Assembly (NCBI GenBank): GCA_963924565.1
Contig: OZ004607.1
Span: 14,384,001-14,448,000, forward strand
Source of the DNA: Ascidiella aspersa
Taxonomy: Eukaryota
Direction of reading: 5' to 3'
Length of the DNA stretch: 64,000 nt
Part shown: positions 25,051-37,800 of the stretch, one piece after another
Numbering within the stretch: position 1 is the first letter of the stretch
How the letters are laid out: every line of letters starts with the position of its first letter
The notes under the pieces: generated by a model
Told to the model about the DNA's origin: nothing
Seen by the model: only the letters and a program-made list of their open reading frames with translations
Database searches by the model: none
Translations under genes and position numbers: made by a program

Positions 25051-28000
25051 AAACGGGAACAGGTCTTTCTAGGCGGTATCGAGAAATGTCGACAGTCTAA
25101 ATATAGTCAAGATGACAAATTTAGGAAGCCTTAATTTGACCGATGTTTACAGCAACTTCCGTCGCCACATGTCCGACCGAAAATTTGCGTGCAACTCAAC
25201 TCGTTGTATAACACATGATTGATGTCGGCGAAAACTTGTGACATGAAATAATTAATCAGCTACAACTTTGGCCTTACGCAAAACGTGACTAAAGAACTCA
25301 TATTGAGATTTTCTTTACCTGTATCGTGCCTTTTTGAACTGCTTATCGCTCCTTTCTCACAATAGTCATCAGAGTAGTATTTCTGTTTTCTGAGGTGCGT
25401 CTGAGCATCACGTTATTAAATTGTCAACTAATACAAACGTTGTTATCCCTTGCGTGATTTCCAAATCTTTGACGTAATTTTTACTATGCGTCATTACCTT
25501 CGCGTCACAAATCGGGTAAAATAAACCTGGTTAGCGTTTTTAATTGATTTAGCAACTTGCGTAGTTCATTTCAACTAACCCCAAATGTATTTTTATAAAC
25601 TGCCTGTGACCTTAGTCTGGGTGACCTGAATCTGGGTGACCTTTGCCTGTATATGTGAAGGATTTGGTTCAACTGCAATGTTAGACATTCGTGTCTTGAC
25701 TGTTACCGTAGTCGTATATGTTTCAAATGAACGACACACAAGGCCCTGACCCGGAAGAATTGAGCGCAGCTGTAAAACTTAATGTTTTTATAAAAGGCAG
25801 CTCACGGCGGTGTTACGCATTATATTTCACTGTTTATTGCGGCCTCTTTAAGCTTCGGGGGAGGAGCACGCGGTTTCGCCTAGAAAGTGACTATTCGCGA
25901 ATATACTTTAAAACGCTAACTATGTAAACAAACACGTTTCGGCGTTCATGGCGCAAAATAACAGTTACCTGCCCCTGGGCATCAACTTTGTTGTGGTTAA
26001 CTCTTACATAAACGTAAACTAGTTCTAGATCACTTTCTTCTCAGCACACAACATTGAAACTTTAACGTACTCTACCAACAACTAAAGTGTTAGCTAAAGC
26101 CTGGTATACACAGAGGTGGCAGCCAGTTTAGCCATGTTACCACTTGCAGTGGACATTTAATTGAACTTCGCGGTAGAGCGTAGTACGTAACTAAATTTGT
26201 CTATAAAGCGAAATGGTGTTGTAAATTACTTAAGTACTGTCGCTGCACTAATACGTTTTTCGTTTAACCACTAGTTGTTTGTTCCACATTTGTAGAAAGA
26301 ATTATATCGGGTAAAACGCTTAATATTCTCTGCTATAACATGCAAACATTCAGCGAGGGTCAGTCATTTTGCACAGAGAACAAATAAGTGTGTAGTACAA
26401 AACATCTGGATATACAAGTTTTCTCTCGAATAGCCGAGGCAGAATTACTTCAAATGTATTAAGTGCAAGCAGGCATTTGTTGTACCGTTGTCTGTTGTCT
26501 GTAAGCAATTACAATGCCGCGTAAAAGGTGCACAGGGTCGCGCGACCTGAAATGGGCTCAGTAACTATCATAAAATCGTGTTGGTTGTTTCGCGCAAAGC
26601 CTCGTGATTGTTGCGCGGTAACAAACAAGCGTGCGAATCCGGCCTGGGCCATTAATTCCCGGCATCGACGGGGCGACATTGCAAATCCGCATCGAATGCC
26701 ACGGAAATTGCAAGACATCATGTCAGTTGCGCATTGTAGCCTGAAATCATCGCTTCCCAAACTATATTTAAAGAGCAATAAAAAATCGTTTCAACAAAAT
26801 CAAATTTTCGTCTTGATCTACATAATCTGTAAGGAGAAACGCGACCAGTATTCGGACGTCAGCAATTATTAGCAGATCGCCCCTAACAAGACGCGTCAGC
26901 AACATATTGACACGCGAGATTAACCGACTCATAAATCTCGAGATTTGATAGCACTACATCTTTACGTCGTAATGCCATTCTGCAAGAGTTTCGGGCAGTC
27001 ACGCCTAACGGGTACATGAAAATCGCGCCGGCAGATTCGTGTCATTATGAGGCCCTGTTTACGAATGATTAGGGAAACGTGCAGGTTATCGCTTGTATAG
27101 AAGCGGAGATTTAGGCGCGGTCCGGACGTTCGTTTGAACGGCGCAGCTTAGACAACATGTTAATGTCACCAGAAGCATTATTCATTCGACTTGCTTTTTT
27201 CGCCGCTCTGCCACCGTTTACGGCGTCACAACCGCGTTTTTGTCCCTGGATAAAATGATTGACGTAAAGTCGTGGTTTGCCTTCGCTTATAAAACCCCAC
27301 CTTGCGACCCGGAACTGTCGCGTGGATCACTTTCTTGTAGGCGGTTTACCTACGTCATGCGATTGTCAGACTTCAATCACAAACCGTCAAAGCTAATAAG
27401 GATAAGTTTCTGTGTTCATTCGCAACGCGAGTAAGCAGGCTGAGCGGATCCCCAATCCGCGGCGTGCCAGTATGCGCGCATCTGCTTAGCGTCTGAAGCC
27501 CGTTCAAGGTTGCATCGCGTGTCCTAGGTCGCACAGAGGGCAGCGCGTGGAGCACGGGAACACGGAGATTAGTTGAGATTTGACAAATTTACTAAATACG
27601 AATGACAAGCGCAATTGACAGAACATTGCCTCGAATTCCGACGCGCTAAAGCCGACGGTTAAAACACCCGCGGGAGTGGATATCTTAAACAGATCCTGTC
27701 GAATAGACGAGTTTAGGCAACAGATAAGAAGCGGCGTTACGTAATAATCTCTTTGTTGTTATGCAACCGACCGCGCGCAAAGATACACAAATATTACCCA
27801 TTTTTATCCCAAAACAACGATAAACATGTAATTTAAATTTACCATATTTGCAAACAAATGCTATTTTAAACCTTTACTGATTACGCGATTACGAAACAGA
27901 TCAAGAGTAAAAGAATGTGAAATTTGCAGTCGACCGATCGAACTGATTTTACAAACAAACTCATGTTTACGCATGCGTATTTTATTTCATTGTCAGTTGT

Positions 28001-28875
28001 TCACAGACAGTGCTAGAACACAATTAAAACTTGACGCAAAGAGTACAGAAGGCGATTTCCCGATTAAATACCAGGGTCCATGTAGCAACAGCCGAACAAT
28101 GGCAACTTTGAAGAGTCGAATTGGACGGAAAAAAAATTATTTTACTGGTCGTTAAGCATTTGTCATTTCATCTAAGCCGAATGCTATATTGGAAATTTTC
28201 AAGGTATGTCGCACGTAACTAGTTTATACACATTACACAGGTTGCAATTTACAAACACATGAAACACATCCTGTAATTTACAGCAAATATAAAAATACCA
28301 AAATAATACATCTAACTGATACAAACATACTTTGAAGAGGTTTCTTGCAAACGAGAAGAATTTAAAAATATATCTATAAAAATAATATTCCTTTACAAAA
28401 ATCGTTCGTAGCAAACCCGGACAGTGCTCTGGATTAGGAACAAATAAAATTATACAATATAACAGTGAAAATAATTCCTACAGGGGGTAATACTACAGTG
28501 GTTGAGATGTGTTACGTATTTACGTATACTTATATACAGAGCTAAAAAAGCATGGGCGCAAATTTTCAAACAAAATTAAATTTCTTTATAATAATCACAA
28601 TAGAACAAAGTTGCTAAAACCTAAAACAAAACCTGCCATGCGATTTAACACAAACGTATGTTGACGCAAGAACATTTTCAGTCGATCTCAACGTCAAAAA
28701 CGCAATTTGCCGTTTGCAATTTATTGATAATTCAGGGTTCGATTTTAAACACAAGAGAGGTGAATCGAAATATAAACAAGCAAGGATAACAACAAAGGAT
28801 TCTCGGGGAGCAATATTCATGTTACTGGTGTGTTTTGGTGATGGTAGCATTGTGATATTCAGTTGAATCACTGAA

Positions 28876-31800
28876 TTACTGTTTTGAACGGTGGGAGGAA
28901 TACGGTGCTCGACGGCGTATCTCCTGGCCCAACTGATCTTTAAGTGTGGAAACCTGAAACAAATGAAAGCGATTAAATCTCGGAAATGTTTTGTAAATCT
29001 CGTTTCTTGATTATGTAAGCCGAACTTGTGTAGTAAGTAATGACAACTTTTAAATTGATGGAGCACAAAACTCGACCGTATACCTGTTCTTCTAGTCCCT
29101 TCACCCTTTGTCTGTGCGCCCTCTCGCGCGCCTCTAGTGTACGCTCGGTCTGCAGTTGTGCGGTTCGCAGACGCTCCATCTCCAGTTCTGATTCCTGTCG
29201 GTGCCTTGAGGTAACCTCGATCAAGCGCTTCGCGTTCCCTTGTTCTGAGTCTGCGAGTTGCGCTTGAAGTGCCTGAAAACACATTAGGTGTATTTTTAGT
29301 GCGTATACATTTAGTATTTTTTTCTTTAAAAGTTGTTACAACGACCATACAAATAAGCCGAAATTTGGCGACTAAATACTGTACATACCGAAGTGTTTTA
29401 CATATACGATAAACGGTCAAAGTTTCGACCATAATACGACTTACAAAACCTGTTCCAACATGTAAAAATTATCTGGGAAACACGCATTATAAAGCCACAT
29501 ACCTGGATCGTTGAACGTGCATCCTCTAATTCACTTTCGGTATCCCGCAGAGATCTGTTCAGGTGGCCCTTGTTTTCCGCCAGCCGAATCGATTCCTCTT
29601 CGTTCCTCAAACGCTCACGTTCGACCTGTGTGGTTTCGCATGTAAACTTCGACAGCCGTTCGACATTCTATTTAGCGTTCACACATGCATTACCTTATCC
29701 AACGTCTTCTGCAAGGCTGACTTGTCCTTCTCGAGACGCACGGCTCCGCGCTGAGTTTCCCTCTTCTCTGAGTCCAGTTGCGCGATAGCCCTTTGTAAGC
29801 CGGTAATGCGCTCCTGAAGTATTCTCTTCTCCTCTTGCAGCTTCTGTATGCGCTCCAAGCTGGTCGCCTCGGTTTCTTGATGTTGAGTGAGCATCTGCCA
29901 CGATAAATCAGCCGGGTTAAAGCTCATTTATCAACGTCTACATGTGGTCGGAAGGCTTGACAGATGGCTCTACCTGCTGTAAGCTCTTTAATTGGTTTTC
30001 CACTTCTGACTTTCGCACTTCGGCGTCCTCGATGTCGTGCGTGATATTCTGCACTCTTTCTTGCAGCGCGGAGTTTTGCTTTTTCAAATCGGCAACCGCT
30101 TGTCTGGCAGCCTGCAGTCGTTCCTGCAAAAAAGTATGTGCCACGCGATCAATTACAACAAACGACTTGCGGCTTGCGGCGCTGTACCTGTCGGATGTAT
30201 TTGTTTTTACGCACCTGTAATACACGACGGTCGTGTTCAGAAGCTGTAAGCATCTTCTGGAGCTGGCTTATTTTCTCGTTCAAGGAATTTGTCGTGGCAT
30301 CCTTTTCGGACATGGACATTGAGAGCGATTGGACCTGTTCAGGAAATTTACGTAAGAGTAACACCTGTATTGCGGCAAGAATTGTCCGAATAATAGTTTA
30401 ATATTAACGGCGCTTACCTTGTCTTTAAGATGGCTTTCGCCTTCTTCGGTCTTGGCAAGTGCGGTACTTAATCTGTCGATAGTAAGCTGCAAGGAAGTGC
30501 ATTTGCCCTCCAAGTCTTGTATCTGACTTGTTAGATTGTTAATGCGCTCCTGTTGAACCTATAACAACAACGTTATGGTTAAATCACATGTCTATAATAG
30601 TATTATTAGCTATTACAAGACACAAAGTTATTGTAACATTAACCTGATTAGCAGTTTCTCGGTCGTTGATCGAGAGTTTGCTTCTCTGCAGATCACCCTC
30701 AAAGGCACGTCTTGCCAGTTCAAGCTTGGTGGCTCTCTGTTCAGACATGTCGAATGCCTCTTTCAACTTGCGTTTGTCAGCCTCCAGTTTGGCCTGCTGC
30801 GCTTTCATTTTGTTGATTTTGTCCTTTGAAAAAGTTTAGATTTTACATTTTACAAATATTGCTTTTCGTGGCTATCCAGGAAAAAAAATTTTTAAACACA
30901 TTACGTATGCCCACTAAAACTTTTAATCTTCATGTTTTTGTGGAAATAGAAAAATGCTGCAATCGTATATAAAACTAGTTTTAACCTGAATGAGTTGACG
31001 TAATCCTTTTTTTTTCAAAATTACATTGTTCTATTGTCGGGCCTGGGTCTATAACGCAGCATTAATTACAAGGGCTACAGACCACAATGTACACAAATAA
31101 TAGTTATTCACCTGTAGGGATCGTCGCTCGCTCTCCGAGTTCTGTTGTGCTCGCTCAAGTTGAGCCAGTTTCTCAGCCATTCCCTTTTGTTCTCTCTCGT
31201 TTCTCCTGATTGTCTCCTCCTGGAGCATGAGAGCGGTCTGCGCGGATGCGAGTCTTCCGTGCGCTCCACGTTTTCCCTCTTCCGCCTCGCCGAGCGACTT
31301 TTGCAGTTGCTGCAGACGCTGGTTAACACGGTCACGATCCGCTTCCATCTCCATAAGCTAAAAAGGAAATTGGTTGAACTCCCATGTTGCTTATATTGTC
31401 AGGATTTAGCAGAGGCAATGGGTGACTTTAAGTCAAGATGAGGTAGAGTGGATCATACATATTTGTGTCAGGTGAGCTTTGGTATGGCATGGCTCACATC
31501 ATCTTCAATCTAACCACGTTACACTGGTGCTATGGTGTTAATGGAAGTAGCCAATTTACGTAGCTATACCTGTCGTGTAAGGTTGGAGACTTCGATTTTA
31601 GCGTCGTCCTTCTCGCGCTGCGTGTCCTTTAGCTCCTGAACGAAGTCTCGCAACGATGCTCGAACCACTTCCGGGTCAATATCTTGCACTAGCTGCTCGG
31701 TGCGACTTGGGGAAAATTAGGTTGTAAACAACACAGTGTACACAGCAACATAATCGGATTATTGTAAACTTACGTCGGCGAGCCAGATCTGCGCATGCTT

Positions 31801-34800
31801 GGCGAAAAGCTTCGGTTTCTATCCGGTGATCCCGTGGTCGGAATGGGAGTGCCTTTACCGCCGGTGGTCGTGGTGAAAGTGTTGTCGTAGCCTTTGCCCG
31901 GCGACGGCGATCTCCTGCAACGAACACAGTGCAATCGTTGTGATGGGTACAAAGTTTAATCCCCCAGCGAATTTGGTCACGACTCACACACCTGCTTGGT
32001 GACGGAGTGGCTGATCGGTATCCGCGCATCGGACTCATGGTTCTGCCCAGTCGTGAAATTCCTAAGGTGCGTCTCAGGGCGCTATGCAAGCTTCCCAGTT
32101 TAAATTCAACATCACGCTTGTTGCCTAAAATAGGATTGCAAAGTTTACCAAAAATATCACGTTCGTAGGAAAACAGATTGTTCAGTATGATGCATTTTTG
32201 ATAAATGATGTCACACAGCCTATAAATATATACCTTCTACTTTAACAATTTCGTTTTCGAGGCCGGTAATTCTTCCCTCGGCAGCCGAGAGTTTTAATTT
32301 GTTCTCTGCGAGTTCTTCCTCAGATGCTTCCAATCGTAAGTTATTTCCTCGCAAGTCGTCCTTCTGCTTCTTACATGCTGCTGTGGCTTCCGCCAGCTGC
32401 TCAAGGAAATCTCTCTCCTTGGCACGGGAGTCGTCTTCGAGCTCGGCAAGCTTGCGCTGAAGCAAGTTGTTCTAGAAATACATCAAATGAAAACGAATGG
32501 TCATAGCCAAACCAAAACCTGTGCAATGAAAACTTAATAGTTTTGTATTCGTATGAATAAATTACAATTAAATAGTCAATGAAAATGTTTATGTTTTTGC
32601 AAACCGGATATTATACTTTTCTTTCAACTTACTTCTTTCAATGCTTGTTCCTTACTGGCCTCGGTGGCCACTATCTTCTGTTTAAGTCCAAATGACTCCC
32701 GTCTTGCCTCTTCCTCCCTTTCTTCATCGGACGCCACTCGCGATTGCAAGTCCTCAACTTCTTTGGATTTTTTCGTATTTTCACCGTCCAACATTTTCAC
32801 CTGAAGAGTAAAGAGCGTAAAAAACACGTAACATCTGTACCTTGTCTAAAACACAGCTTGTCAGCCGAATGTACGGCACGAGATGGTACAATAGCTCATT
32901 TTAAACTTCTTACTTGTCGGCGTAGCTCCTGAAGTTCTCTGCGAGCTTCCAGTCGGCTCCTCTCAACTTCACGGAGACTCGCGCGTAGGTCGCCGTTCTC
33001 CTTTTGGACATTGCTTCGGCTCTCGTCAAGAACGCTAATCTTTTGTTCCTTTTCTTCGTTGGCACGCTAGACGTACAAATGAGGTTGATAAAAAAATGTG
33101 CAATGCACTGGCAAAGGTACCATAAAAGTTACCTATTCCACATCATGTTAATCGTTAAATAATCCGATACAGCGTTTCGATCGATGCTGCGATCAATTAG
33201 ACATGTTTTGTTTTACGTTTTGTATGCTAAACCGCAGGTATAAAACATACCTTCAGCGCAATTCTTTCTTGTTCGGCCTTTTTCACTTGGTTCCTCAGTT
33301 GGTCGTTTGCCTTTGTCAAGGTCTGCTTCTCATGGATTTCGTCGTTCACTCCACGCTTCAGCTCAAGGTTTTCCTTGCGCTGTCTGTCCCGCTGCTCCTC
33401 AGTTTCCCTTACCTAAGATTTTTTAACAGCTTATAAGCAATCCGAAACAAATATGCCATGTGCGAATGAAAATACGACGAGTCATTACCTTTCTTTGTCC
33501 CTCGATGAGGTCTCTCCTTACACCATCACGGGCGTCCTCGACCATACGAAGCTGTAGTTTCAGTTCTTCAACCTAAAACGGCAAGTATTGTTGAAGACCC
33601 GCAACAAAGACGTTGTTTCAAGAAAACACATTAGTATGGGATAATATGATCCCAAGTCTTACTTCTTTAAGGGCTCCGTCTCGCATTGCATGAACTTGCT
33701 TGCAGGCATCATTTAATCCCTTTATCTCACGCTCGTGCGCTTCGGTGGCCAGCTCAAACTGAGTTCGGAAGTCCTTTAACTCTTGGGTAATTTGGTTGAT
33801 GGTGGCCTGCAAACAATGTTTTTGTAAGGTATTTCGCTGCATTACTGCGTAATGACACTTTCTCAAGTGTTTAAATGTCCAAATTACCAGGTTTTATGTA
33901 TTCGATAAAACATTTAACCACCGTAATTAACTAAGTATTTAATCAGATTTCCGTCGCCGAGTAAAGTATAAAAACGCTTGACAATTTGACAAACACCACT
34001 CATTTTAGGGGTGATCGTTTTAGTTAGCTAACAATCTTTAGGAAAAATCTACTTTTCTACTATAATTTATTTTTAAACCGGTATAGGTAATCCTATCTTA
34101 AAACATTACAAGCCAATTATTTAGATTGCCCTGAAAAGCATGTGGTTCAGTAATTAAACGGTCACTCTAACCAAGCAATTATCCGTCCACAAATAAGACA
34201 GTTGATCACAAAAATACAAATGCATTTTTCTTGATGTTTAACATAGAAATAAAAGAGGACTGCAAAAATAACTTACCCGGTCTTTCTCGTGCTTGGAGTT
34301 AGCCTGGCGTTTAAGTTTTTCATATTCGTTTCCGAGATCGCCAACATTTTGAGTTGCATTGTTAAGCTTTTCCTGCAGAGCGTTCTTTTCTGTTTCCTTT
34401 ATACTCAGTGCTTGTTGCTTCTCGGCTTCTGACATAATCAGTTCCTCATTGTGCTCCTATAAAATCACGATACGTTATTTTTAAAACAACATCTATAATC
34501 ATTTAGGCTTAACTTACTCGTAAAATCCTGCCAAGTCTGATGTTCGGCTTTGACGACTGCCAACGGCCTAACCGAAAGCTAACATTACTATCAGTATATG
34601 CCATTGCTGAGTTGGCCAACGCTTTTAACTACTACTTAGTGAACGCCATTTTGCATCTTTTCATATACCAACTTTCAGTTACCAACGAGGTCTCAACAAA
34701 ACACTCTCAATACTAAAGGTACAAGCTCAGCTCAGTGTTTGACACCAGTATCAGCGGAACTGGCGCAATCGTTATGAAATATGAAAGTGCGTGTGTGGCC

Positions 34801-37800
34801 AGCCATTGTGCTTTCGCCCTTCAAGGACACGCAATATCGAAACTCGTGTAATATGATATGCTTACTTTGTCGGTTCGGAAACATGTATATTTGTATATCA
34901 TTGAGAGTATGTTTCAGTCATATTGGAAAATTATATACCTGGTTTATAGCTTCCATTTCTTCTTGCAGCTCCTGTTTTTCAGCCTCGTATTTGTTGACAA
35001 TATCATCCTTTTCCAGATTAAATTCATGTAGAATTTCCTCCTTCTCGGCTTGGAATTCAAGTCTCAAAGTTTCCTTAGATAAAAAAAATTATTGTTAATT
35101 TTTTGGAAAATTTTCTTTACTTAAAAATTGAACAATATAGTAAAAATATCCAATCATTATTTTTAATTTTTAAAGGTTTACCTTTTCCTGAGCAGCCTTA
35201 TCAAGATCTTCCTGGTGTGCTTGTTGTTCCGTTTTCAAAGCGACTTGTGCCTCTCTTTCTTGTTGGATCATAGATTGGTTGAGGAGCTGAATGTCTCTCT
35301 GCTGCTTGGCGTTTTCTACTTCCATTTCTTTACGCACACGTCCGACATTCACTGAAAATTTCAATAAAACATTTTCAGATAAGCATTTAAAGAAACAATA
35401 CTGAAAATATAATTAACTGCTTTTTAATGGCTCACCTTGCAACGCTTCATTCTTTAGTAAAGCGTTCTGGTTGATTTCCTCCAGCTGTTCTTTCTTCGCT
35501 TCCAAAGTTGCGGCCAAGTTTTGGACATCAAACAGGTTGTTCTCCAAAGCTTCCTTGTCGGCTCTACAAAATAAAGCAAATTAAAATATTTTAATATTTA
35601 TGCAAAAGTAAAATAAGGTAATTATGAAACTCGGCTATTTTCCTTATTGTTATATGTAAATCATCGGGTTGTGTTATATGTAAATCATCGGGTTGTAATG
35701 ACCATTGTGTATTTTCAAGCTACAGAAAAATAATTTACATTCTATTTTGAAAGTATGTGAATGAAAGCTGATTATATGGAAACCATTAGTTATAAACCCA
35801 ACCAACTAGCTTCGCAAACCTCAGACCAGCCATTTCCTCGGAAAGGCTTCTGTTTTCGCGCTCAGTTGCGGTCAGTTGAACGATGAGGTTGGCCTTTTCC
35901 TTGGTGAGTTCTTCCTTTTCTTTGCTGAGTTTGTTGTTAATGTCGTTCAAGCGAGTAGCGTCATCTCGGGTTCGACCCAAGTCTTCCTCGACGTTTGCCT
36001 TCTGTCTGGTGCACTAAATTAAACATACTTGGAAACAACACGAATCATAAAAAAAACACAAAACAAAAAACAAATTTCTTGTTTCGTACATCACTAAAAA
36101 ACTTTAAATCGTTTAAATTTTAGTATTTTTTTGCTGGAAAATTGTGTTTTTAATAATTGAGTTTCTCTAATAAACATAACAATTATGCTAGTTATTTTGG
36201 TTTGATCTCTCCATTATGAACGATACCAAATTTAACAGTCCAAGTAGGTCGGTATTAGTTGCTACAAACACATTGTTCTTCATGAGTAATGTCATCTTAC
36301 GTGGCTGAGAGAGTCATAGAGCTCCGCCTTCTCACGATGAAGGAGCATGAGATCTTGTTCCAACTTCTCACGACTCTGTTCTGTGAGAATTAGACTGTGA
36401 TCGAGTCCAGCCTTTTCGTTGTGAAGATCCATCTTTTCTTGCTCGGTCTTGATCAGCTCTGCTCTAATTGAGTCCTTCTCCAGCCCTAGATCATACTTGG
36501 CCGCTCCCAAAGCGGCAAGCTTCTCTTCCAGCTAAAGAATAAATAAACATTTTTGACTAAATTTCACCACTTTTTAGCCAAGCAAACAATTTTGGGATGC
36601 AACCAGTAAAAATGAAGTAACAGTTTAAGCTTTAAGATATAAAATAAATTTATGTTACATAACATTTAAGTAGGGTTTATATGCAAATGAAACTTACGTC
36701 AGATATTTGTTTAAGAAGGTCGATCTTGTCTTGTCCAATACCTTCGTTGAGAGCTTGCATTTTTGCCAACTGGTCTCTTAAAGATGCTTCCTCAGTCTTA
36801 AGCTTGTTGAGAGCAAGTTCGATTTCGCCGTTGGCACGTTCAACCTACAATTACCAATTTCAATCACATTCCGTTTATTCGAAAATAATTAAGCCTAGAA
36901 AATAGATTAATTCAACATGAACTTTTCCTATACATTTTAGGTACCTGTAGCCTAAACCCTAGAACAAAAAAACACAAACAATTAGAGTACAAACAATACT
37001 TTATATGCTTGCTTAAATTGTAACAGCCTTTACCTTAGACAAGGCTTCCACCACTTCAGCTTTCTCTGCCTCCATTATCTCCTTCTCTAGGACTGCTCTA
37101 TTAAGAGCCTCCTTGGTGGTGACAAGTTGCTCACGGAGGTTCGACTGTTTGTCATCCATGTTGTCAACAGCGGATTTTCTGTTTAAAAAATCCAATTACC
37201 ACTGTCTTCCAAGTTTAACCATGTATTATTACTTTATCAGACAAAAATATCGGATAAATATATCTTGCAAGTATCAAATGTCAATAATTAATCTTGGTAG
37301 ACTTGAATCATACATTTTCTTCCGCCTTTTTAGTTATTACATTACTAGTAGTAGCGAACAGCATTTAAAGTACGCCTTGTTTACCCCCGCTTTAGTTCCT
37401 TCTCTTTGCGGTTAAGATCCTTTAGCAGGTCTTCCTTTTCGTCTTCAACATTGTCACGTTGCCTCTGTAGATCTGCGTTAGCCGCCTGGAGTCGATCTTT
37501 CTCCGCCAGCAATGCGTCGATTCGTCCCTGCAAGTCCTGCCTTTCCTTGCCCATCTCATGCTTCTCACTACATAGCGAATATTTTGTGTTGGCAGTTTTA
37601 TTGAAGAACGTTAAATGTGTTTCTGTTTCGTTATTTTAAAGTGATACATTTTGTCTTACCTTCCGACGACTTCGGCGTTCGACTTGAAGCGGTACGCGTC
37701 ACGTTTTGCGTCGTCCTTCGCCCTGGTGGTGTTGTCTAGTTCTTCCTTGAGGGCGAACACCTGTTGTTCGAGCGCGTTTCTCTCCGAATCATTGTCGACC

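Noticed and set aside
28614-29432. 272-aa ORF
   Set aside because: Off-frame read across the last rootletin exons, introns and 3' UTR.
31498-31509. 12-nt micro-exon IEDD
   Set aside because: Frame-preserving with a gtgagc donor, but there is no polypyrimidine tract at the acceptor.
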